From a virus: a stretch of DNA of 64,000 nucleotides. Both the position numbers and the translations under genes were made by a program. The notes beneath the pieces were generated by a model. It saw nothing but the letters and a program-made list of their open reading frames with translations, was not told the DNA's origin and did no database searches. The DNA lies in IMG/VR virus record IMGVR_UViG_3300044608_002890; one strand, written 5' to 3'. How positions within the stretch are numbered: position 1 is the first letter of the stretch; every line of letters begins with the position of its first letter. Below are positions 7,689 through 15,870 of the stretch, piece by piece.

Positions 7689-7867
7689 CCTATGAAGACC
7701 AAGTAATCGAAATAGCTCGATCTAGTATGACCCTTGTTCCTGGCATGGAACTGCTATTACGTACTGTATACCGAGCTGGTTATAATGAATGCCTTAGAAA
7801 CATCAAAGAAAAACATTATACCAGTTATACTGATTGTATTTCCGATGGCGGAATGGATCCAAGATGA
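7685..7867 (+). CDS. Small hypothetical protein
   Basis: ATGA overlaps both sides. Confidence 0.55.
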   Translation: MTYEDQVIEIARSSMTLVPGMELLLRTVYRAGYNECLRNIKEKHYTSYTDCISDGGMDPR

Positions 7868-8106
7868 AATGGTATTCATATAATGAATATGATCCAGACC
7901 ATCCAGAAGCAGATGACACTGGCGGTTACATTGTAACTATTTCTGAAGATGAAATTAAACGGACATACTGGCCTTATTGGTATGAAAGAATGTGCAAGAA
8001 ATTTGGTAAGACCGAAGTTGATGCCAAGTTTAGTTTTAAAGATTGTTTGGAAGATTGGATAATTGTCAATTGGGCCTGGGAGAGTACATGTGATGACAAA
8101 ATTTGA
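7864..8106 (+). CDS. Conserved phage hypothetical protein
   Basis: YWPYWYERMCKKFG...CLEDWIIVNWAW motif; start moved to 7864. Confidence 0.65.
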   Translation: MKWYSYNEYDPDHPEADDTGGYIVTISEDEIKRTYWPYWYERMCKKFGKTEVDAKFSFKDCLEDWIIVNWAWESTCDDKI

Positions 8107-8293
8107 GATGCGATGTACCCTAGCCATAGCCGTTGTATTTGTTGTATATGTTGCCATTTTGATGTGGATGCGATATGACGTTGGTTAAGTTTTTGCTTAG
8201 GTTAAGCTTTGTTGTAGCGCTTATGCTGGCATCCTATGTCCTGGGGCGCATGGATGCTGTTGTGTACGAAATTTATCATGAGTGTACCAGAAC

Positions 8294-8623
8294 ATGAATA
8301 CAGAATATCTAGATGAGGATGGTTATCCGACTGAACAAGCACTTGAACACATAAAGAACTGGTCCTATAATGATCCTAGAGGTTGGTTCAAGTTTATTGC
8401 AAACATCTGGCATTTACGTAGTTGGGGATGGTCAGAAGGTTATTTTAAGGAAAATGAATCTGATCCAGCAGACAAATATCAATATCACATCAGCACCGCT
8501 GGTTGGTCTGGTAATGAGGACATCATAAGGGCCATGCAAGAGAATAACATTCTTTGGTTTGATACCTGGGTACAGAGTCGTCGAGGCGGGCACTATATTT
8601 TTGAGGTGAGAGATGAGAACTAA
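8294..8623 (+). CDS. Conserved phage hypothetical protein (DEDGYPT family)
   Basis: LDEDGYPTEQAL...STAGWSGNE...SRRGGHYIFE. Confidence 0.75.
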   Translation: MNTEYLDEDGYPTEQALEHIKNWSYNDPRGWFKFIANIWHLRSWGWSEGYFKENESDPADKYQYHISTAGWSGNEDIIRAMQENNILWFDTWVQSRRGGHYIFEVRDEN

Positions 8624-8969
8624 ACAAGAAATTATTACTGCAATGTGTGTTACTTTTAGGCATGATTATGGACTACCTAAAGAAAATTATAGAATAGAAG
8701 GTACCCATAATCCACTGTCACCTGGAATGACCAAGCAAGAGCAGGAAACTCTTTATAATACAATGCTAAAGATTTACACTAATGCCATAGAACCGTATAT
8801 GGTAATCAGGGGTGAAGCATATATTCCACAACCCGATAAAGATGCAGTACTCGAGCGAGAGAAATATCATTATCAAATTCGATTCTTAGAAGAACGATTA
8901 GAAATTTCTGAAGAGTATTTAGATAAGGCTATGGATATGTTACGTAATCTAATTACTAAATTGAAATGA
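8613..8969 (+). CDS. Hypothetical protein
   Basis: Coupled ORF; MCVTFRHDYGL motif, C-terminal coiled coil. Confidence 0.65.
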   Translation: MRTKQEIITAMCVTFRHDYGLPKENYRIEGTHNPLSPGMTKQEQETLYNTMLKIYTNAIEPYMVIRGEAYIPQPDKDAVLEREKYHYQIRFLEERLEISEEYLDKAMDMLRNLITKLK

Positions 8970-9187
8970 AACATCCGAATCCTGATTGTGACCGTCATTG
9001 TAAATTTGTGTATGGATATAGCGTGACTACTGCCATGTACTATAATCCTGTCTATGACAAGCATGGTAATAATTTGAATCCAGACGGCAATATTACAAGT
9101 GGAACCATTGACTGTATAGAGTGCCATAAACGATGGTCATACTCTACACAATATGATAAAACAACATTTAGTGAGGTTATACAATGA
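8966..9187 (+). CDS. Cys-rich (Zn-binding) hypothetical protein
   Basis: CxxxC and CxxC pairs; ATGA overlaps. Confidence 0.7.
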   Translation: MKHPNPDCDRHCKFVYGYSVTTAMYYNPVYDKHGNNLNPDGNITSGTIDCIECHKRWSYSTQYDKTTFSEVIQ

Positions 9188-9651
9188 ACAACTACGAAAA
9201 ACATGCCATGATAGAATTTAGAGCAGCAGGTTGGACTGATGAGCATGGTAAATTTAAAGATGAAATGCAGGAAGCTATTTGCAAGCATGTTCTAGAGTTA
9301 CTAGATGTCTTTCATGGAGAAGGACATTCTGGAACTACTGCGCCTTATACTATTGATCTATTCAAGAAACTTGCTATGTTCGAACCTATTGTTCCTTTGA
9401 CTGGTGAAGATTGGGAATGGGTAAATGTAGCAGAACAGAATGGCGGACCTTTGTGGCAAAACAAGCGTTGCAGTCATGTGTTCAAAGATAACGATGGTGC
9501 ATATGATATCAATGGCATCGTTTTCTATGATTGGTATGTGAATGAAAAAGGTGAGATACGTAAAAGTTATTTCACTGGCCAAGGAAGCCGAGTGCCAGTA
9601 ACTTTTCCCTATGTACCTAAGTCTGAGTATAGAGAAAGACCCAACGAATGA
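9184..9651 (+). CDS. Conserved phage hypothetical protein
   Basis: EGHSG...FEPIVPLTGEDWEW...QNKRCSHVFKD motif. Confidence 0.75.
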   Translation: MNNYEKHAMIEFRAAGWTDEHGKFKDEMQEAICKHVLELLDVFHGEGHSGTTAPYTIDLFKKLAMFEPIVPLTGEDWEWVNVAEQNGGPLWQNKRCSHVFKDNDGAYDINGIVFYDWYVNEKGEIRKSYFTGQGSRVPVTFPYVPKSEYRERPNE

Positions 9652-10475
9652 AGATAGCAATCTGTAGCGACCTACATCTAGAGTTTGGTGATATCGTTCT
9701 TAATAACGATGGTGCTGACGTTTTAATTCTTGGCGGTGATATCCTGACTGCGCAGGAGCTACATGACTTCAAAGCAGATGATGTTAAATTTGTGGATGAA
9801 CTGACTAGACGAGGTACTGCAGAACGATACAGGGAATTTTTAGCCAGGTGCAGTGCAGAGTTTCCTCATGTAATCTATATTGCTGGCAATCATGAGTTCT
9901 ACCATAGCAAGTATCCTGATGCCTATAATTACCTAGAAGAAGAATGTTCTGCCTTTAATAATGTACATTTTCTAGAACAGAGTTGCAAAGAAATTTGTGA
10001 TGTTACCTTTATTGGTGCCACTTTGTGGACTGATATGAACAACGGTGATAGAACAACTTTGATGATGGTTCAAGAGATGATGAATGATTACAGAATCATT
10101 CGTAATAGTACTCGTAAATATGCCAGACTTACTCCCTCAGACACTGTAATTAGACATAAAAATACTCTCAAGCATATAAAAGCCGTTGTTGATTATGATA
10201 CAAATAAAAAGTATGTGGTTGTAGGACATCATGCTCCAAGCAAGAAAAGTGTCAAGCCAAGGTATGCCGAAGATGTAGAAATGAATGGTGCATACAGTAG
10301 TGATCTTGAGGATTTTATCTTAGCTCATCCTCAGATCAAGTTGTGGACACACGGACATACCCATGACGTATTTGATTACAATATAGGCAATACACGTATT
10401 GTCTGTAATCCAAGAGGATACATTGGCTATGAATCACGTGCTGAAGAATTTACTCTAAAGTATGTAGAAGTATAA
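9648..10475 (+). CDS. Calcineurin-like metallophosphoesterase
   Basis: SDLH, GGD, GNHE, GHH, HGHTH motifs. Confidence 0.9.
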   Translation: MKIAICSDLHLEFGDIVLNNDGADVLILGGDILTAQELHDFKADDVKFVDELTRRGTAERYREFLARCSAEFPHVIYIAGNHEFYHSKYPDAYNYLEEECSAFNNVHFLEQSCKEICDVTFIGATLWTDMNNGDRTTLMMVQEMMNDYRIIRNSTRKYARLTPSDTVIRHKNTLKHIKAVVDYDTNKKYVVVGHHAPSKKSVKPRYAEDVEMNGAYSSDLEDFILAHPQIKLWTHGHTHDVFDYNIGNTRIVCNPRGYIGYESRAEEFTLKYVEV

Positions 10476-10513
10476 TGGGAGCAGGGTTTAACTTTAAAAG
10501 AAGGCAAAATGCC

Positions 10514-10675
10514 ATGAAGGCTACTGTTGAAGTTCAATTTGATGAATATACCAACGATTACTTTATTGAATTGCCTCCGGATATACTTGCTGCTGCAGGA
10601 TTTAAGGAAGGTGATACCGTCATATGGAAAAAGATCGATGATGAATCTTGGACCATAAGGAAGAAGCATGAGTGA
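10514..10675 (+). CDS. AbrB/MazE/SpoVT-like small DNA-binding protein
   Basis: IELPPDILAAAGFKEGDTVIW swapped-hairpin signature. Confidence 0.65.
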   Translation: MKATVEVQFDEYTNDYFIELPPDILAAAGFKEGDTVIWKKIDDESWTIRKKHE

Positions 10676-10922
10676 TTTTGCTAAACGCAGATGGGAAATA
10701 GATAGAGCTCGAAACAAAAAAATGTCTGAGCTCATGGCAGAATATGATAAGACCGTTTATTATCCTGCCAAGAATGCCTTGATTAAAGAATGTGGTGAGA
10801 TTGGTCATCGAGGTGGAAAGTATCATGACAATGGATTTGGTTGGTCATGGTTTTATTGTGGCGGTTGTGGAGGTCGATACGATATCTCCGGACCCAACGG
10901 AGAGACCAAAGATGCAGACTAG
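10668..10922 (+). CDS. Zn-finger hypothetical protein
   Basis: C...H...YCGGCG motif; overlapping coupling. Confidence 0.65.
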   Translation: MSDFAKRRWEIDRARNKKMSELMAEYDKTVYYPAKNALIKECGEIGHRGGKYHDNGFGWSWFYCGGCGGRYDISGPNGETKDAD

Positions 10923-11109
10923 ATCCTATCGTTTGGGCAAACTGCATTTTGAGATTACACGCACCAATACATATTGGTCACAGTCAGAGAAAAATGGTGC
11001 AAGCAGGCATCATGTTTCTCTGGCTACCATCTTTTTAGACAATGGTATTGTGCTCCGAAGATTCATCTGGGGCAGATATCGCATCATATGGACCTGGAAC
11101 AATGGATAA
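10912..11109 (+). CDS. Hypothetical protein
   Basis: Fills gap between neighbours; start moved to 10912. Confidence 0.45.
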   Translation: MQTRSYRLGKLHFEITRTNTYWSQSEKNGASRHHVSLATIFLDNGIVLRRFIWGRYRIIWTWNNG

Positions 11110-11374
11110 CGCCTGGAAAAATACCAGCAGCATGAACTACTATTATAGAAAAAATGATGGTAGAATCATAGGCAGTGCCTGGCACCTGGTCATGAACAGC
11201 ACCCTATGGATTGCCAAAGTCTATGCCGATGCTGTACCTTTTACCAACGAATCCGAAAAGGTATTGGGGCACTTCATTGACGAAAAATCTGCCATGCATG
11301 CGGTGGAACGGTATTGGCAAATCGAAGAAAATACCTTAGAATTATGGCTTGAACAGGATAAGGTGAAATCATGA
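11102..11374 (+). CDS. Hypothetical protein
   Basis: Coupled ORF; start moved to 11102. Confidence 0.6.
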   Translation: MDNAWKNTSSMNYYYRKNDGRIIGSAWHLVMNSTLWIAKVYADAVPFTNESEKVLGHFIDEKSAMHAVERYWQIEENTLELWLEQDKVKS

Positions 11375-11697
11375 AAGTTGTTATAAATCGTTGCTACGGT
11401 GGTTTTGGTTTGTCATCAGAAGCACATCGCATCATCGCCGAACGCAAGGGCTGGGCGCATGCCTGTGATGACTGGGATGTAGATTATTGGTACAGTGAAC
11501 CTGGCAAACCCATGTATGCCGAAGATCTTGCAAGAAATGATCCGGACCTGGTCCATATAGTTGAAGTCTTGGGCCCCGAAGCCAATGGTCGACATGCGGA
11601 ATTGAAGGTAGTAAACATCCCAGACGATGTTGTCTGGCACATACATGAATACGACGGAATGGAAACCGTCAAGGAACAACATGCGAGCTGGTCATGA
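11371..11697 (+). CDS. Conserved phage hypothetical protein
   Basis: VVINRCYGGFGLS...RNDPDLV...EYDGME motif. Confidence 0.8.
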   Translation: MKVVINRCYGGFGLSSEAHRIIAERKGWAHACDDWDVDYWYSEPGKPMYAEDLARNDPDLVHIVEVLGPEANGRHAELKVVNIPDDVVWHIHEYDGMETVKEQHASWS

Positions 11698-12266
11698 ATC
11701 GTTTTTTCATCAGTGATCTTCATCTTGGTCACAAGAACATACTTACCTTTAAGCGTGACGATGGTGCGCCGCTCAGGGCATTTTCTGACGTAGATGAAAT
11801 GCATGCTGTCATGGTGGATCGTTGGAATGCTGTGGTGCGCGATCGAGATACAGTAGTTGTGCTCGGTGACGTTGTCATAGGTCGTTGGGGGTTTCAGTAC
11901 CTCAAGGCCATGCGTGGTCGTAAAATCCTTGTCAAAGGCAATCACGACATCTTCAAGCTCAAGGACTATGCTGAACATTTCGAAGATATCCGAGCCTATG
12001 ATGTGAAAAATGGTGTTATCTATAGCCATGTGCCCGTACACCCGCACAGCATGGGACGTTTTGGCATCAATGTGCATGGTCATCTTCATCAGCGTCAAGT
12101 GTTAGTTGATGAGAGTGATCCTAGCAGCATTGATCCGCGCTACTTCAATGTCAGCGTCGAACGGCTCGACTACACGCCCATGGCGCTCGAAGATCTCAAG
12201 AAGACCGTAGAGGCTCGTGGTGGTTTCTGGGGGTTCAAAAACGGCAACGAACCGCAGGTCATGTAA
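11694..12266 (+). CDS. Metallophosphoesterase (calcineurin-like)
   Basis: SDLHLGH, GD, GNHD, HVP, HGHLH motifs. Confidence 0.9.
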   Translation: MNRFFISDLHLGHKNILTFKRDDGAPLRAFSDVDEMHAVMVDRWNAVVRDRDTVVVLGDVVIGRWGFQYLKAMRGRKILVKGNHDIFKLKDYAEHFEDIRAYDVKNGVIYSHVPVHPHSMGRFGINVHGHLHQRQVLVDESDPSSIDPRYFNVSVERLDYTPMALEDLKKTVEARGGFWGFKNGNEPQVM

Positions 12267-12276
12267 GTCATTGATT
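12264..12276 (-). promoter_or_regulatory. IHF-consensus site upstream of early promoter
   Basis: Reverse strand AATCAATGACTTA matches WATCAANNNNTTR. Confidence 0.5.
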
Positions 12277-12304
12277 TGCTTGTAGTTTTAGAATACCCCT
12301 TGAC

Positions 12305-12333
12305 TTGACAGGGGCTTTGTTTGGTGCTATAAT
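12305..12333 (+). promoter_or_regulatory. Early sigma70-type promoter
   Basis: TTGACA-17nt-TATAAT with GGTGC. Confidence 0.9.
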
Positions 12334-12339
12334 CGTAGC

Positions 12340-12663
12340 ATGGAAATTAAAAAACGCAAAGCCCGCAGCGATCGCAGACACATAGTCTATCAGATTACCT
12401 GCACCAAAACCCGCCAGATCTACATAGGCATCACCGTAGGCTGGCGGCTCAAGGACCTCCGAGTCCGCATTCAAAAGCACGTCTGGCGTGCACTCAACGA
12501 AGCCAAGGGCTGGCCTTTATGCAACAGCATAGAGCGTCATGGTCCCGAAGCGCACGAATATGAAATAGTTGCCGTTGTACGTGGCAAAGCCGAAGCTCAC
12601 ATGCTGGAGCGGGAGCTAATTTCAGAACTCAAACCCAAACTTAATCGTACCGGAGTACGCTAA
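12340..12663 (+). CDS. GIY-YIG superfamily nuclease (small, free-standing)
   Basis: IVYQITC...IYIGIT...R...H...E pattern. Confidence 0.65.
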   Translation: MEIKKRKARSDRRHIVYQITCTKTRQIYIGITVGWRLKDLRVRIQKHVWRALNEAKGWPLCNSIERHGPEAHEYEIVAVVRGKAEAHMLERELISELKPKLNRTGVR

Positions 12664-12965
12664 TGAAGAAATTTCTCATTGCCAGTCTAGTTGCCAGCTC
12701 TGCTCTTGTGGCTTCTGATGCCCAAGCCTGGGGGCGAAGCGAAAACATTGCTTTAGGCGTAGCTGCCATTACCTATCTGAGCATCCGCCAGCCTGAAGTT
12801 CGAGTTCAGAACTATCCGGTGTATCCGCAGCACCAGCCGCAGCCAATGTACCAGCCCCAGCCGCATGTGCATGTTCCGCATTCGGGTTACCGACAGCAAT
12901 GCTGGCAGGCTCCAGTTCGTGACTACACAGGTGCCATTACTCATTACGTTACGCAGTGCTTCTAA
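12663..12965 (+). CDS. Secreted/membrane-anchored Pro/Gln-rich protein
   Basis: Signal peptide MKKFLIASLVASSALVASDAQA; PQ-rich body. Confidence 0.65.
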   Translation: MKKFLIASLVASSALVASDAQAWGRSENIALGVAAITYLSIRQPEVRVQNYPVYPQHQPQPMYQPQPHVHVPHSGYRQQCWQAPVRDYTGAITHYVTQCF

Positions 12966-12975
12966 GACCCGTTGC

Positions 12976-13004
12976 TTGACTCGGGTATTCAAAGGTGCTA
13001 GAAT
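12976..13004 (+). promoter_or_regulatory. Early sigma70-type promoter
   Basis: TTGACT-17nt-TAGAAT; near-identical to 15258 promoter. Confidence 0.85.
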
Positions 13005-13027
13005 AGCAGTACAGTAAGGAGAATGAC

Positions 13028-13351
13028 ATGAAGATGCAAGAAATTGACAACACCGAAGCCAGCAACAAGCTCTGGGCCTACCTGGATGCACGCATGCGCA
13101 ACAGCGTCAATGCCAGCCTGTATTCAGATCGCAAACGCCTGCAAGCCGAGCGCCTAAAGTTGCGGCTAGAGTTCTGCTATGCTGCCAAGGGCATACACAT
13201 CAACTACAGAAAGCGCTTCATTACACTCAAAGTTGATCAGCCTGTGGTGCGTGACCGCAAAGAACTCAGACTTCTTGAACAAGAACTAGAACAACAAAAT
13301 GTCGTCAAGAAAATCAGTGCTCAGGGCATCTGCTATAACATCTTACCATGA
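13028..13351 (+). CDS. Hypothetical early protein
   Basis: AAGGAG RBS after promoter. Confidence 0.7.
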   Translation: MKMQEIDNTEASNKLWAYLDARMRNSVNASLYSDRKRLQAERLKLRLEFCYAAKGIHINYRKRFITLKVDQPVVRDRKELRLLEQELEQQNVVKKISAQGICYNILP

Positions 13352-13557
13352 ACCAACGTCTAAGAAACTTAGCCCAGGCATCGGCTCGTAGCATTGATCT
13401 AAGCTACCCCGGCGATGCCTTCCCTGCAGCTCTGACCAAAAACATCATCAAAGATCTCAAACAAGAATTCAGCACCATCAAATGGATGGGCGAAGATGAA
13501 GGTTGGGATCGTGCCATGCAAGCAGTCATCAAAGAACTAGAAAACCGTTATGTTTGA
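13348..13557 (+). CDS. Hypothetical protein (possibly distant array paralog)
   Basis: Starts MNQRLRNLAQ like MNERIRELAE. Confidence 0.6.
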   Translation: MNQRLRNLAQASARSIDLSYPGDAFPAALTKNIIKDLKQEFSTIKWMGEDEGWDRAMQAVIKELENRYV

Positions 13558-13708
13558 TATAGCTGGCGTAACCATGAATGCTTTTTTCACTGTAGTGTGC
13601 TTTTGGGCTGCTATGGTTCAGTTCGATCAAGGTCAAAATAAGTGGGGTTGGTTTAACCTTTTTGTTAGTGCTCTTAATTTTGCAGGTATATTGGCGGCGA
13701 TATTCTAA
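13550..13708 (+). CDS. Small 2-TM membrane protein
   Basis: Manual translation MFDIAGVTMNAFFTVVCFWAAMV...NFAGILAAIF; TAATG coupling. Confidence 0.55.
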   Translation: MFDIAGVTMNAFFTVVCFWAAMVQFDQGQNKWGWFNLFVSALNFAGILAAIF

Positions 13709-13947
13709 TGGAAACTTTTACAGCATCAGAACTCAAACTGCTCAAACAAGCTGGCTTTGTTTTTTGGGAAGATGAATCCTGGGGACCTGGTTCAGACTAC
13801 ATTGATTGGGGCAGTGATTACGATCAAGAAGTCAAAAAATTAATTTCCATGACCATAGATCAATGTGCTAAGATTGTAGATCATATTGATGTTCAGGGTG
13901 GTGGAAGTCTGGGCGACCTAATTCGCAAAAGGATGAATCATGCCTAA
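13708..13947 (+). CDS. Hypothetical protein (possibly distant array paralog)
   Basis: KQAGF...KKLISMTIDQCAKIV resembles QAGF...KFAELIVRECA. Confidence 0.65.
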   Translation: METFTASELKLLKQAGFVFWEDESWGPGSDYIDWGSDYDQEVKKLISMTIDQCAKIVDHIDVQGGGSLGDLIRKRMNHA

Positions 13948-14413
13948 TTGGTGCAACAACAACCTTACGGTTACCAGTGATGATCCAGAAAAGATCAAAC
14001 GTTTCAATCTGGCGCTGCAAAGCGAAGGATTATTTTCGGCATTTCTGCCCAACCCTACGGGTGCATGGGACTATGCCTGGAGCATAGAAAACTGGGGCGT
14101 TAAATGGGACGTCGCCGAAAATGACATACAGGTCATACAATGCGACGAAGACCGCATCATCGTAGAATTCGATACTCCCTGGAGCTATCCCAAAGAATTT
14201 CTTCAACATCTGGAAAGTTTGGGCTATGCAGTACATCTCATGTATCACGAGCCCGGTCTGGCATTTTGCGGTATTTACGAAGACGGTGTCGAGGATCATT
14301 ATGAATATGCACAGATGGCTTCCGAAGAAATTCTAGCCACCATACCCGATGACTTGGACCTGTGCTTTGGTATCTATGAACAAGTTTTAGAACGCGAGGA
14401 ATCAAATGCTTGA
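13940..14413 (+). CDS. Api92/YubB ferredoxin-like (DUF1281-type) protein
   Basis: MPNWCNN...ENWGVKWD...FDTPWS..P...Y.EPG..F.G. Confidence 0.75.
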   Translation: MPNWCNNNLTVTSDDPEKIKRFNLALQSEGLFSAFLPNPTGAWDYAWSIENWGVKWDVAENDIQVIQCDEDRIIVEFDTPWSYPKEFLQHLESLGYAVHLMYHEPGLAFCGIYEDGVEDHYEYAQMASEEILATIPDDLDLCFGIYEQVLEREESNA

Positions 14414-14693
14414 TGTACGAAAACTTTCCGACGATGAGATTGAATCCTGCATCGATGGTTCCAGCAACATCGAAATGATTCGAGACATTCTCACTCGACA
14501 TGGTGTCGTCGGTGACGATGGTTTTATTGATCCCGAAATATTCGCAGATTGGTTTGCCAATGGCATCGAAGATTACATTGATGCCGATCCTGATTCCAAA
14601 GAATGGGATGAAGCCAATGAAAATAATTGGATGTGGGGCTATGACATAGCCGACAACATTAATTCGCTGCTAATTGAAAACGAGGAAACATGA
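14406..14693 (+). CDS. Acidic hypothetical protein
   Basis: GAGG RBS, overlap. Confidence 0.65.
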   Translation: MLDVRKLSDDEIESCIDGSSNIEMIRDILTRHGVVGDDGFIDPEIFADWFANGIEDYIDADPDSKEWDEANENNWMWGYDIADNINSLLIENEET

Positions 14694-14920
14694 TGGAATC
14701 AGACGACCAAGCTTCAGACATACATGATGCCCTTCATGACTTCATTGAAAATTTGCTGGTTGACCAGGACATGCCACCGCTGCTGGTAGCAGCCTGCATG
14801 ATGGTGCAGTCCCTGAGCATGTATCGCACCATACTCAATGCCGATGAATATGCCATGATGACCAAACATATTCTGGGTCATAGTCCCTACATAAAAACCA
14901 AAACCAGTAATCTGCACTAG
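14690..14920 (+). CDS. Hypothetical protein
   Basis: GAGG RBS, ATGA overlap. Confidence 0.65.
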   Translation: MMESDDQASDIHDALHDFIENLLVDQDMPPLLVAACMMVQSLSMYRTILNADEYAMMTKHILGHSPYIKTKTSNLH

Positions 14921-14928
14921 GACACAAA

Positions 14929-15228
14929 ATGATAGATGCCATACTTGAATTTCTTTTTGTTGCGTTGATTGTGCTTGTCATAGCAGGCATCGTTGCAGCG
15001 TATTTTTATATCAACGATCAATCCAGTAATACTGGTGATGATGCTTTGCATTTCCCCCAAACCATAGGCTATAATGTCATACAACGATCCAAGACCGGAG
15101 GCTGGGTCAATCGTGGAACCAATCTCAGCGAAAACAGCGCATGGCATTTGGCAGAACGTCTACGAGCCGAAGAGGGCCTGACCATCCAAATCAAAGACAC
15201 CGAAGGTAACCTCATCGCCACACTCTAG
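14929..15228 (+). CDS. Membrane-anchored hypothetical protein
   Basis: N-terminal TM helix. Confidence 0.65.
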   Translation: MIDAILEFLFVALIVLVIAGIVAAYFYINDQSSNTGDDALHFPQTIGYNVIQRSKTGGWVNRGTNLSENSAWHLAERLRAEEGLTIQIKDTEGNLIATL

Positions 15229-15257
15229 TGCCTCATTCTTAGACAAAGACCCTATGC

Positions 15258-15286
15258 TTGACTCTGGTATTCAAAGGTGCTATAAT
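15258..15286 (+). promoter_or_regulatory. Early sigma70-type promoter
   Basis: TTGACT-17nt-TATAAT with GGTGC. Confidence 0.9.
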
Positions 15287-15329
15287 CGTGGTATGATAAA
15301 TAGTTTTGTAACCAAAAAAGGAGCTTGAC

Positions 15330-15518
15330 ATGGGTGCATTGAAAAATTTATTTCCTGCTCGCAGCAAAGAAGAAGTGCGCGAACAAGCCGAACGCGAACT
15401 CCAGGAATTCCTGGCTCGTGGTGGTTCCATCCAAACTGTACGGGGTCGCAAAGGTCCTGCCAAATTAACTGCCAACGGTAAAACTTCTGGTCAGATTTTC
15501 ACTAACGTATACAACTGA
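15330..15518 (+). CDS. SutA RNAP-binding-domain-like small protein
   Basis: K.E.RE...ELQEFLARGGSIQTV resembles the SutA helix/EFLxRGGKVQ motif; AAGGAG RBS. Confidence 0.5.
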   Translation: MGALKNLFPARSKEEVREQAERELQEFLARGGSIQTVRGRKGPAKLTANGKTSGQIFTNVYN

Positions 15519-15540
15519 TAACATCATTCCCGAACATATT

Positions 15541-15870
15541 ATGAACTCAGCGACCGATTTTTCTGCTCCCTTATATACTACCTGGAACGAAGCCGAACAG
15601 GCTCGTTTTCGGGAGTGGCTTCATGGCCTGCTCAGGTCTGAAATTGTCAACATTGAATTCACCAAACGCGATGGTACTTTGAGAAAGATGCGTTGTTCGC
15701 TTCAGGACAAGTATTTGCCTGCCACAGACAAGCGTGACGAACGACAGCTCAGCAACACTGCCATTAGTGTCTGGGATCTGGACAAGGACAGTTTCCGAAG
15801 CTTTAGATTCGATAGCGTGCGTCAGATTAGTTTTGTGCTAGGTTATACTCTTGGAGAGCGCAATGGTTGA
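15541..15870 (+). CDS. WYL_2 / Sm-like SH3 beta-barrel protein (DUF2693-type)
   Basis: FTKRDGTLRKMRCSL...VWDLDKDSFRSFRFDSV. Confidence 0.75.
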   Translation: MNSATDFSAPLYTTWNEAEQARFREWLHGLLRSEIVNIEFTKRDGTLRKMRCSLQDKYLPATDKRDERQLSNTAISVWDLDKDSFRSFRFDSVRQISFVLGYTLGERNG

